Notes under the pieces: generated by a model
Told to the model about the DNA's origin: nothing
Database searches by the model: none
What the model saw: only the letters and a program-made list of their open reading frames with translations
Shown: positions 48,630-59,783 of the stretch, one piece after another
How the letters are laid out: every line of letters starts with the position of its first letter
Numbering within the stretch: position 1 is the first letter of the stretch
DNA from: Squalus acanthias
Lineage: Eukaryota
Assembly (NCBI GenBank): GCA_030390025.1
Contig: CM059431.1
Span: 118,360,001-118,424,000, forward strand
DNA: 64,000 bases
Reading direction: 5' to 3'
Program-made: the position numbers and the translations under genes

Positions 48630-49925
48630 AAATAAATGAAAGCCAGCAGGGATTTGTTAAAGTCAAATCGTGTTTGACTAACTTGATTGAGTTCTTTGAT
48701 AAACTAACAGAGAGAGTTGACAAGTGTAGTGCAGTTGATGTTGTGCATATGGACTTTCAAAAGGCATTTGATAAAATAGCACATAATAGACTTGTTAGCA
48801 AAATTGAAGCCCATGGGATTAAAGAGGCAGTGGCTGCATGGATACAGAATTGGCTGAGGGACAGAAAGCAGACAGTAGTGAATGGTTGCTTTTCAGACTG
48901 GAGGAAAGTGTGCAGTGGTGTCCCCAGGGGTCGATGTTGGGACCACTGCACTTTTTGATATTTATTAATGACCTGGACTTGGGAATACAGGGCATAATTT
49001 CAAAGTTTGCAGATGACACAAAACTTGAAAATGTAGTAAACAGTGAGGAGGATAGTAATAGAGTTCAGGAGAACATAGCCAGACTGGTGAAATGGGCAGA
49101 CAGATGTCAGATGAAATTTAATGCAGAGAAGTGTGAAGTGATTCATTTTGGTAGGAAAAATGAGGAGAGGCAATAAAAACAAAATGGTACAAGTTTAAAG
49201 AAGGTGCAGGAACAGAGAGACATAGGGGTGCACAAACACAAGTCTTTGAATGTGGCAGGACAAGTTGAGAAGGCTTTTAAAAAGGCATACAGGATCCTTG
49301 GTTTTATATATATAGGCATAGAATATAAAAGCAAGGGAGTTATGCTAAACCTTTATAAAACTGCAGTTAGGCCTCAGCTGGAGTATTGTGTCCACTTCTG
49401 GTCACCACTCTTTAGGAAGGATGCCAAGGCCCTTGAGAGGGTGCAGAGGAGATTTACTAGAATGGTACCGGGGATGCGGAACTTCAGTTACGTGGAGAGA
49501 CTAGACAAGCTGGGATTGTTCTTCTTAGGACAGAGATGGTTGAGGGGAAATTTGATAGAGGTATTCAAAATCATGAACGGTTTTGATTGATTAAATGAGG
49601 GGAAACTCTTTCCAGTGGCAGAAGGGTTGGTAACCAGAGGACACAGATTTAAGGTAATTAGCAAAAGAACCAGAGGTGACATGAGGAAAAAATATTTACA
49701 CAGAGAATTGTTATGATCTGGAATGCAATGCCTGAAAGGGTGGTGGAAGCAGATTCAATAATAACTTTCAAAAGGGAATCAGATAATTAGTTGAAGCGTA
49801 AAAATTAGCAGGGCTATGGGGAAAGCAGGGGATTGGGATTAATTGGATAGCTCTTTCAACGAGCCGGCACAGGCATTATGGGCCGAATTGCCTCCTTCTG
49901 TGCTGTATGATGCTATCATTCTATG
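48630..49925 (+). mobile_element. CR1 RT and 3' end fragment, degenerate
   Basis: MDFQKAFDK, FADDTK, RPQLEYC in shifting frames; (ATTCTATG)-like tail. Confidence 0.9.
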
Positions 49926-52777
49926 ATTTAATATAAGACTCTTTTTTCACTTGTTTCTTACGTTGTGTTAATGGTTTGGATCATGATGTAGTAAATTATC
50001 ACTTTTCTAATTATTTTAGATTGACACACCACTTCAATTATTGAAGACCTGTGAAGTGAGGGTTTTACATTTTGCGTGACCTTTCATAGATTTTTACATA
50101 TCTATACAGTATTGCACCTCAACCTTCAGTGATGGTAAGCCATTACTGTTGATTTTATGAGCAATCTTCCAATGCATTTAGTTTTCCCTCACTGTTAAAA
50201 TATTACAATCTATTACTTTTACTGTATCTGAGTATTCTTTTAATAAAGTCCTCCAAGAGATGGCTAAATTCTATGAGTGTTATAGTACAGCCTATGTTGC
50301 TAAATTGAAGTTTGCTGTGAATTTACAAATAGATAAACTGCTTTCTTGTTCTCTAGAGCTGGAAATTGCCTCTACTAAATGAATGTTTTAGCTTTGAATG
50401 CAATTCTTTGTAAGGAGCATATAGGTCAGGATGTACAAGCTGCGCCTCTCACTTGAAGTGCAAAACTAGAGTTATTAAAAGGTTGATATGGTCATTTCCT
50501 ACTTCTTTGATGGAAAAGTGCCTATATAAATTTCAAATGAGGTTGTTAGAAGTTTAGGATCTTGCCTTAGATGTTCTCTTAGTTACAGCAGTGCTAGTTA
50601 TTCCTGTAAATGGCCTGAGCAGCTTAAGTTTTGGGGTATACACATACTGCCCAACATCTAACTATACAAAGCATAACCCAGGGGTGTAACAATTATGATC
50701 TGAAATGGATATTTAAGTCTTTTGCATTTGTGCTTCTTCAACATTGCCGAAAGCGGGCCAAGCAAACACTTGGTGAGATGGGGCCTGATATGATTCATTA
50801 AACTGTTTTATTTCACAGTGCATGAACATAAAGAGCATCAGTGTAATTGGATACATTTATTTCAATCAGTACAACTTGTCTTTGCATAATAATACAGAAT
50901 AATGAACACCTATGCTTTCTTACATCAGTAGGTCAACTTCCTTCACAAAATAAAATAATTCCTAACTTCTCGCTCCTGCATTCTAACCTTCTTGCAGCTT
51001 TTCCTGGGCCTAATTGTCTCTCAGCTTTCTAGTTCAAAAACTTGACCGACTGGCTGTGTCTCTGTATTTTGTTTCTGTCTCTTCACAGCCAGAAAAGAAT
51101 CAGAGATTTTTCAACACTTTAGGTGGTTGTTGTTCTCATATCTTCACACTTTTACCTTGGAGAATAATGTGAAGTAGTGGAGGGATTCACAGGCTGAATA
51201 ACAGTCTGACAGGCCGCGACGTGAACGTTGCCTCCATGGCCGTGACCATCTTATAGTATGGTTAGACTTATATGGCGGGAGGGTTTGATGGGCTTCCACA
51301 ACCCATACAATGAATATCCTGTTGGATGTCAACCCAGAATTCAGAGTCAGAGCTCAGGTCTCCACGCGACGGATTGTCTGGAGCGGGGTTTGAACGCTGC
51401 ATTTTCTGACTCCGAGGCGGGAATACTACCACTGAGCCAAAGTCAACACATTGGGTGTGAGGCACATTACTGAGACAAATCGCTTATTATTTACGGTTTA
51501 TGGGGAAACAACATGAAATCCAGCTCATTAGCATCTTAAATACCTCTCATCTCAGAGCATTCTGTTTAGTTATGTAAATACATTACACTTGAACAGACAA
51601 TATTTAAAGATAAATATTTTTTGTTCAAAATCTTTCATTGGAAAAATGGTCTAAAGATCCCAAAATATAACGTATCAAGAATAAGGTAAAGTGGAATGTG
51701 CTGATCACTGTTAAATAATAAGTAATTATAATAGGGTCAACTGTAACCACTGATATAACATAAACAAAAGGAAGAATTGCATTGATAGAGCGTTTTCACA
51801 GCCTCAGGACATTCCATAGTGCTTGACAGCCAATTAAGTGCTTTTTGAAGTGCAGTCACTGTTGTGATAATAACCAGATAATCTGTTTTTGTGATGTTGG
51901 TTGAGGGATAAATATTGGCAGGACACCGGGGACAACTCCCCTGCTCTTCTTCAAATAGTACTATGGGATCTTTTACGCCCCATCTAAGAGGGCAAATGGG
52001 GCTATGGTTTAACATCACATCCGAAAGACACCGCTCCCTCAGTACAGCACTTGAGGCCGCGATTTTATCGGCACTGAGCGGGCGGGTTTGGAGGCGGGTC
52101 CGACGTTAACATTTTTTGATTGACGGCGGGTTGCGATCCCGCCGTCAACCCGCCTCCATGCCACTTTGCGAAATGCCGGCTCTGGGAGTCCCGATCAGTC
52201 CCGCCACCAAGCGACGGGAGAGGCAGCTTGTTAACTGCCTGGATAAACCTATTTTAACAGCGTTTTTCGATTTTTGCGCATTCTCTGCGTGTTCAACACT
52301 GTTCCCAAACCACGCCAGCTGATTGTGTCGGGTTCACCAAGTGCCTGACTTCTTGACAGCTGCAGCTCCAGCATAAAAACAGAGCTCTAACATGGCTGAC
52401 TTACAGATGAGAGAACTTTGTTTTTTGAGGTGTTGGAACACTTTTTGCAGGTCTACTGATCTTGTACGTGGTGAAGCTGAGATCCACCTCCAGTGTGACC
52501 TCCTGGGAAAACCCTCTCCCCACATTGACTGAGCACGTATAACTTCTAGTCCTTAACTGAGATATATACCAGCAGTAGGGGAACCATTTATACCCTGTCA
52601 TCCTGGTCCTCAGAATCAGAGGAAGAGCAGCAGCAGAACCAGGTACAATAGCAGCACCAGCAACAGGAGCGCCAACCTCCTGCTCACCCACCTGATGGTG
52701 CACAGGGCAGAGGGCGTCAGCGCAGGGCCGCACGTCGCCGCAGAAGATACCCCCAACACAGGGTTTACAGGCCGAGG

Positions 52778-53752
52778 ATGAGCTTCCTCAACATGAGTGA
52801 GCAGCAGTGCCAAAGGAGGCTGAGCCTTATACGAGAGGTAGTCGCTGACATCTGCGCAATGCTGCACCAACACCTGGAGCCCAGAGGAGCGGGTGGCCAT
52901 CCCTTACCAGTGGTTTTCAAAGTCACCACCGCGCTCAATTGTTTTGCTTCAGGGTCCTTCCAGGGCTCATCAGCAGACATCAGCGGCATCTCCCAGTCAG
53001 CCGCACACACTTGCATCACGCAGGTAACCGATGCGCTCTTTGCAAAGGCGCACAATTACATCCACTTCTCCACGGATCAAGCAAGTGTAACCGCGCGTGC
53101 AGTTGGCTTTGCAAAGATGGCAGGCTTGCCAAGGGTGCAGGGCATCATAGACTGCACACATGTGGCCATTAGGGCACCCCATCACAACCCAGCTGTATTT
53201 GTCAACCGCAAGGGCTTCCACTCCCTTAACGTCCAGCTGGTGTGTAACCACAGGAAGGACATTATGCATGTTTGTGCAAAGTACCCTGGCAATTGCCATG
53301 ACTCATTCATCCTGCAGCAGCCTACTGTCCCTCCAGTCTTCAATCCGCCAACACAACTTTCCAGATGGCTATTTGGAGACAAATGCTATCCCCTGAAGAC
53401 ATGGCTAATGACGCCGTTGAGGAGGCCATCAAACGAAGCTGAGGAGCGCTACAATGCCAGCCACATTGCCACCAGTGCTATCATCGGCTTGCTCAAAATG
53501 CAATTCAGATGCCTCGACAGATCAGGTGGAGCCCTACAGTACTCAGCAGCCAGGGTCTCCAGAATCATCGTGGTCTGCTGTGCACTGCACAACATCGCAC
53601 AGCATCGTGGCTTGCAGCTGCCTGAGGAACAAGTGGCTCAGCACATAGCCTCCTCAGATGAGGAGGTGGAGGAGGAAGACTTGTGGAGGCGGATGAGCCA
53701 GCTCCAGCAGCACGCGAGCACATTGCTGCCCGTGATGCAAGGAATGCACTAA
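52778..53752 (+). CDS. HARBI1-like Harbinger DDE transposase (probably inactive)
   Basis: [81 protein letters not shown]. The ancestral start is at 52577 (ATG>AGG) with a downstream TAG; the third catalytic E region is deleted; C-terminal frameshift. Confidence 0.92.
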   Translation: MSFLNMSEQQCQRRLSLIREVVADICAMLHQHLEPRGAGGHPLPVVFKVTTALNCFASGSFQGSSADISGISQSAAHTCITQVTDALFAKAHNYIHFSTDQASVTARAVGFAKMAGLPRVQGIIDCTHVAIRAPHHNPAVFVNRKGFHSLNVQLVCNHRKDIMHVCAKYPGNCHDSFILQQPTVPPVFNPPTQLSRWLFGDKCYPLKTWLMTPLRRPSNEAEERYNASHIATSAIIGLLKMQFRCLDRSGGALQYSAARVSRIIVVCCALHNIAQHRGLQLPEEQVAQHIASSDEEVEEEDLWRRMSQLQQHASTLLPVMQGMH

Positions 53753-54217
53753 TCTTTGCCAAATTTGCTTACGAAGACAAATCAAACACATGTGGCTGAC
53801 ACCTTCTTATCACACCATACACAATGTACAAGCTGTGGGTTCCTATCACTCTGACCACCATCATTACAAATGCAAGTCGCCCTGAGCCCTCAATGTGCAA
53901 CTTCCATGTCCCAGAACACAATAGGCCAGAACTTCAAATCTTTGCCATCACTTCTGTGTAATAAATACCCAAAAAGGATGACAATGGCAAAAATTAAACA
54001 GAACCAAATACAACATAACAGAACACCCAAGTGACTAACCTTGTGACTAACTGTGCTTTATCTTCCTCTTACACATGCTTCTACATGGTGCTTCCCCTAT
54101 GGCTTCAGCAGATGTGGAGGCATCTTGCTCACTTTCATGCTGCTCCTGCTTCGACACCTTTGGTGGGCGTCCTCTGGGTTTGCGAGCCTGTGAGGGCTCG
54201 GCAACAGTCTGCTCCTC

Positions 54218-56422
54218 CTATGGCTGTGCAGGGGCTGAGATGGCCATCTCAGTTGGGTGAGGACTCTGGTGGGCCTCTGACCGAGGGCTCCGCAGTGGCA
54301 TGGGAGTGTGAGCACTTGGAGAGGAATCCACACTTTCTTGTTGCCTGCCACCAACATCTCTCTCATGGGTCAGCCGCACTTCAGTGCTGGCAAGTGGCTG
54401 GACAGCACCTTGCTGCACATCAGGGGGGCCATGAGGACCCGTATCTGCACTGGCAGTCCTCCTCAAAAGGACGTCCATGAAGCTCTGGTCTCTCTGCTCA
54501 ATAGCTGCCCATCGCTCCTCCAGAGATGTCAATCTATTCTGAACAATCACCATGTTTTCCTGACTCTGGCAACTTATTTCCTCCATGATCGTAGCCATCC
54601 TTTCCTCTGAATTAGCCATCCTTTCCACGGAGGTAGCCATCCTTTCCATGGAGGTTGCCATCCTATCCATGGTGGTGCATTCATGCGCCATTGCCTCCAC
54701 AAAGGCACTGCTCATGTTAGAGATGGACTCCTCCATCCTCTCCACACTCGCAGTTACCCTGGATGCAAAACCTGTCAGAGACTCCTGCACTTGTTCCTGG
54801 AGTTCCAGCACTGCTCTCTTTCTGGATGGTCCCAGAGACACAGGGTCCACATGTAGCTGAGCAGAGCTGGGAGTGCCCTGCGGCCTCCGACGAGGACTCT
54901 CCACTGCTGTCTCTGTCTCCACCATCTGCTGATGCTCACTTGTGAGCTGTGATACGCCAGGTGCCAACACTACTCTATCTCGCGAAGGTCCCACCAAGGG
55001 CATATCTGTGCTGTTGCTGGGTGCCCTTAATTCTGCTGACGCTGCGCCCTCAGAGGTTGCAGCTTCCTCTGAGGATTCTTCAGGCTCTTCCTCCTGGACA
55101 GTGGGGAGGGGGGCTCTCGATAGTCCTGTGGGGGAGTAAAGGCATGAGTTAGACATGTGAGATTAATGTAGCATGCACATCGAATTGTGCAGATGATCAG
55201 AACTCAATCTGTATGAGCATCAGATGCCATATCAGTCACTCATGCAATGTAAATGAGAGAGATGCAAATCTATTCTGTCACCAACTTGCTCTTCTGTGCC
55301 CTTCTGACCGTCCCCCACTTCCAGATCCTCATCACCTCCTATGATCTCCAGAGCAGCCTCCTTAGCGGTGATCATATGGGCAATGGAAGATGGCCCACCT
55401 CCTGTCCTGGCCTTCTCCCTCTTATTGTGGGCTTTCTTTTCCTGCAATTAGGGACACAAGTGGAGTTGGAGTGAGAATGATGGAGTGAGTGTAGAGACTC
55501 CATAGCATAGAAGCTAAGAAGGAGACAAAGATGGAGTGAGGTGCCAATACCAAGGGCCCTCCCTGTGCGTTGTTAGTTGTTGGCATTGCATAACAGTGAT
55601 AGCGAGTGTGAGGGCTGCATAGTCGAATAGTGAAGTGATTCTCATTGAAACATATAAAATTCTGACAGTGCTAGACAGACTGGATGCAGGGAGGATGTTT
55701 CCCCTGGCTGGGGGGTCGAGAACGAGGAGTCACAGTCTCAGGATACGGGGTAGGACATTTAGGACTGAGATGAGGTGAAATTTCTTCACTCAGAGGGTGG
55801 TGAACCTGTGGAATTCTCTACCACAGAAGGCTGTGGAGGCCAAGTCACTGAATATATTTAAGAAGGAGACAGATCGATTTCTAGACACAAAAGGCATCAA
55901 GGGATATAGGGAGAGAGCGGGAATATGGTATTGAGATAAAGGATCAGCCATGATCATATTGAATGGCAGAGCAGGCTCGAAGGGCCGAATGGCCTACTCC
56001 TGCTCCTATTTTTCTATGTTTTCTATATTTCTATGTATCTGTACATAGAGAGAGAGGGTCGATTAAGGATGCAAGGGTTGTAAGGATAAAGTGGGATGTG
56101 CAGGAGTAGGTTGACAATGCAGAGTGCTGGTGATGAGAGGAGATGGGGAGCAGATTGAGGGTAAGTGTGATGTTATACTCACTTTTCCTGAGCGTACCAG
56201 GTCATTAAACCTTTTCCTGCACTGGACCCAGGAGCGAGGACACAACGATCTGGAGCTGACCTCCTCAGCAATTTGCTGCCAGGCTGCTTTGCTTTGCTGA
56301 GGTGGTTTCCTCCGTCCAGAGGGTGGGATGAGTACCTCCTGGCGCCCTCTGACTCCATCCACAAGAGCATGGAGGGAGTCATCATCAAAACGGGGTGAGG
56401 CCTTGGCTCTTGCAGCAGTCAT
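54218..56422 (-). CDS. Harbinger Myb/SANT(MADF) protein, 3 exons (about 435 aa open)
   Basis: Exons 56422-56183, 55441-55282 and 55125-54218 with GT-AG boundaries identical in phase and length to H1; premature TAG at 54218-54220; ancestral stop at 54047-54049. Confidence 0.87.
55648..56037 (+). mobile_element. CR1 3' fragment in MADF intron 1
   Basis: attgaaacatataaaattctg...tttctatg tail; absent from H1 intron 1. Confidence 0.88.
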
Positions 56423-56549
56423 GGGTCTAGTTGCCAACACCAAAACCAGCAGAAAAGGATGAGAATGGAACAAGGCTGCATGGGCCCCTTAAAAGCAGCT
56501 GGCTGACAGAAGTCAGCAGAGGCGAGCAGCAGACCCGAAACCACTAATT

Positions 56550-56709
56550 GGGCCGGGTAGCGCGCACGCAGGGATTCAATGGGCCGGGTAGCGCGCACGC
56601 AGGGATTCAATGGGCCGGGTAGCGCGCACGCAGGGATTCAATGGGCCGGGTAGCGCGCACGCAGGGATTCAATGGGCCGGGTAGCGCGCACACAGGGATT
56701 CAATGGGCC
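56550..56709 (+). repeat. 31-bp tandem repeat x5 in the H3 subterminal region
   Basis: GGGCCGGGTAGCGCGCACGCAGGGATTCAAT, almost identical units. Confidence 0.95.
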
Positions 56710-57009
56710 ACTTAAGGTAAAATTTCAAATTCTGACCGGCTGAAAGCGGCAGCGGGACCGGAACCCGTTTACCAACTGACCCGCACCCAACCCACCACCA
56801 ATGATAAAATCGCGGCTCAGTGTCAGCTTAGATTTTTGTGCTCAAGTCTCTGGGGTGGGACTTGAATCCACACCTTCTGACTCAGGCTAGAGTGCTCCCA
56901 CTGAACCAAAGCTTTCACTTAAGCATAGCAAAAAATGTAATTGAACATCTTGAGCAAGTAAGTAAAACTTGAAGAGTATGATGACAAAGTGCCGGATTGC
57001 TTCTTACTA

Positions 57010-58539
57010 CAAAAAGAGTAGGAGCAGAGTGGGAGTAGAGCGGAGCGGCTGTTTAAAAAGAGCAGGAGCAGAGCGGAGCGGCTGTTTAAAAAGAGCGAGC
57101 CCAGAGCAGCGCCAACCGACCTGGGAGGGTAAGAAGTAGAAAGATTCAAAATGTGACGTCACAGGAAAGCAGGGAAAGGATTGGTTGGTCAGCATTTCTC
57201 TCTTTTTCTTGGGCATTGGTTTAAATTAAGAGCCGGGATTAAAAACTAAACGTTCAAAACTTAAACACTTAATTAATTAAATACATTAGAGATGGCAGGG
57301 CAGGCGATGTGTTACTGCTGCAACAGGTGGGAGCTGGTGAACACCATTGAGGTCCACGGCGACCACATTTGCAGTAAGTGTTGGTTGCTCGAGTAACTTC
57401 GGCTCCGTGTTGATGAGCTGGAGTCCGAGCTTCAAACACTGCGACACATCAGGGAGGGGGAGAGTTACCTGGACGCTGTGTTCCAGGAGGCTGTCACACC
57501 CCTTAGATTAATTAATTCAAATTTGGTTTGTGGTCAGGGACAGGTGGGTGTGACTACGAGCGAGGCAGGTATGGGGACCCAGGAGGTAGTGGTGGAGGAG
57601 CCTCAGCCCTTGCTCTTGTCCAACTGTTACGAGGTTCTTACTCTCTGTGTGGGCGAGAGCAGGGACTGCAGTGAGGATGAGCAAACTGACCACAGCACCA
57701 TGGTACAGGGAGCCATTCAAGTAGGGGGAGCAAAAAGAAATGTGGTAGTGGTAGGGGACAGTATAGTTAGGGGGATAGACACTGTTCCCTGCAGCCAAGA
57801 GCGTAAGTCCCAAAAGCTGTGTTGCCTGCCCGGTGCCAGGGTTAAGGACATCTCCTCTGGGTTGACGAGGAACCTAGAGGGGGAGGGGAAAGATCCAGTT
57901 GTCGTGGTCCATGTAGGTACCAATGACATAGGTAGGACAAAGAAAGGTTCTGCTGAGGGAGTATGAGCAGCTAGGGGCTAAATTAAAAAGCAGAACCACA
58001 AAGGTAATAATCTCTGGATTACTACCTGAGCCACGTGCAAATTGGCATAGGGTAAATAAGATCAGAGAGATGAACAAGTGGCTCAAAGATTGGTGTGGGA
58101 GAAATGGGATTTGAATCTTGGGGCACTGGCACCAGTACTGGGGTAAGAGGGAGCTGTTCCGTCAGGACGGTTTTCATTTGAACCAGGCTGGGACCAGGGT
58201 CCTGGTGAATCAAATAACTCGGGCCGTAGATTGGGCTTTAAACTAAATAGTGGGGGGGAGGGATCTGCTGAGCAGAAATTTAAAAAGTCAAAGAAAAATG
58301 AGAAGGCAAAAGTGCAGGGTAGCGATAGGGGTAATGATAACCAGAGTGTGACAGGAAGGGACAGAGCATATACACATAAGAGTGCATCAGAAAGAGGGGT
58401 CAGAGTAGGGAAAAATAGTAAAAAGACAAGATTAAAAGCTCTATATCTGAACGCATGCAGCATTCGTAACAAGATAGATGAGTTGACAGCACAAATAGAA
58501 ATAAATGGGTATGATCTGATAGCCATTACAGAGATGTGA
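57010..58539 (+). mobile_element. CR1 5' portion: 5' UTR, disrupted ORF1, start of ORF2
   Basis: ORF1 from ATG 57292 homologous to 43947-44903, with a stop and a frameshift; ORF2 start LKALYLNACSIRNKIDEL...AITE. Confidence 0.9.
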
Positions 58540-59407
58540 TTGCAATTATCGGCCGGGCGCAAAGATTAGCGCCTGGCACTAATTATCGCCTCCGACTGCA
58601 AACTTGACTTTTATCACCCCTGGAGGTGATTGAAGAGCTAAATCAGGCGCTACACATCTGTCTTAAGGCGCAAAGGCCAAGGAGCGACGTGCTAACTCAG
58701 AGCACTGGCGAAGCTCATGTGATGTCAGTCAGCAATGGAACACAGACACAATGGCGCCAGCCAGTTCTTAAAGGGGAGGGTTGATCTTGCTTTCCATCCA
58801 CATCCTGCTCATTGCAGCCTTGAATCTTGGCCTGGAGAGACCTGTACATCAAATCTGCTGGAAAGAACAATGGAGAGGCCCAGGGAAAGAGCTCAGAGTG
58901 CAGCCCCCAAAGTCTCTTCTAAATCGATACAAGGAAGGGCAAATCAAAATGAACCTGCAAAGTGCTGCTCAGTACACAAAACTCCTTCACACAGCATTGA
59001 ATCTCTCCAGAAGTCTCTCTCTCTCTCTCTCTCTCTCAGAATGCGTGGTTCAAAAATGTCACCAACAAAAAAAGGCAGGAAGCGGTCGCCTTTAAATAGC
59101 GCTCCCCCAGTCCCTTCCTGACTGCAAAACGCTCCCCTCAACCTGTCGTTGCTAGTGGCAGGCGGTAAGGCAGGGGGCGCCACTCAATATCCGCTCCGGG
59201 GCGCTACCGGGGCGTTGCGCACTCGACTGATGTCACGATCTGCTGGCGCAGGAGATCGTGGCGGTAGTGTTTAGCGCCCCCGCAAAATGTCTAGTTAATT
59301 TCGCGAGCGACGCAAACATCGCTGCACCTGGACGCTAGTTGCTTTGCGCCCCAATAGCGCCCTCTTAAGGCGCTAACAGGAGGCGCAACCAACTGAATTT
59401 TTCCCCC
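58540..59407. mobile_element. Harbinger-type non-autonomous element, one end missing
   Basis: Right end homologous to 8870-8967 with TIR aatttttccccc; internal MERPRERA-like MADF start relic; no left TIR. Confidence 0.7.
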
Positions 59408-59783
59408 ATAAGATTCTGAAGGGGCTTGACAGGGTAGATGCAGAGAGGATGTTTCCCCTCGTGGGGGAATCTAGAACTAGGGGGCATCATTTCAGAATAA
59501 GTGGGCACCCATTTAAAATGGAAATAAGAAGGAATTTCTTCTCTCAGAGGGTCATGAATCTTTGGAATTTTCTTCCCTAGAGAGCTGTGAAGGCTGGGTC
59601 ATTGAATATATTTAAGGTGGAGATGGACAGATTTTTGAATGGTAAGGGAGTCAAGGGTTATGGGGAGTGGGCAGGGAAGTGGAGTTGAGGCCAAGATCAG
59701 ATCAGCCATGATCTTATTGAATGGCGGAGCAGGCTCGAGGGGACAAATGAACTACTCCTGTTCCTACGTTTTATGTTCTTATG
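59408..59783 (+). mobile_element. CR1 3' end
   Basis: ataagattctgaaggggcttgacagggtagatgc...ttcttatg tail. Confidence 0.88.

Larger units (their letters stand above)
52055..56817 (-). mobile_element. Near-complete PIF/Harbinger transposon H3 (two convergent genes)
   Basis: TIR GGCCGCGATTTTATC / GATAAAATCGCGGC(T); TNA-like flanks (tga/tca); transposase on plus and MADF gene on minus. Confidence 0.92.
51768..56910 (-). mobile_element. DeuSINE split by Harbinger H3 (51768-52054 and 56818-56910)
   Basis: Halves rejoin as ccctcagtacagcact...agtgtcagcttagatttttgtgctcaagtc. Confidence 0.8.

Noticed and set aside
51061..51125. Strong splice acceptor (polypyrimidine tract + cacag); similar case at ~8114
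   Set aside because: No good donor or recognisable peptide downstream.
52778..53752. Domesticated host HARBI1 gene
   Set aside because: Bounded by TIRs, paired with a MADF gene, inserted in a SINE and carrying inactivating lesions: a transposon copy.
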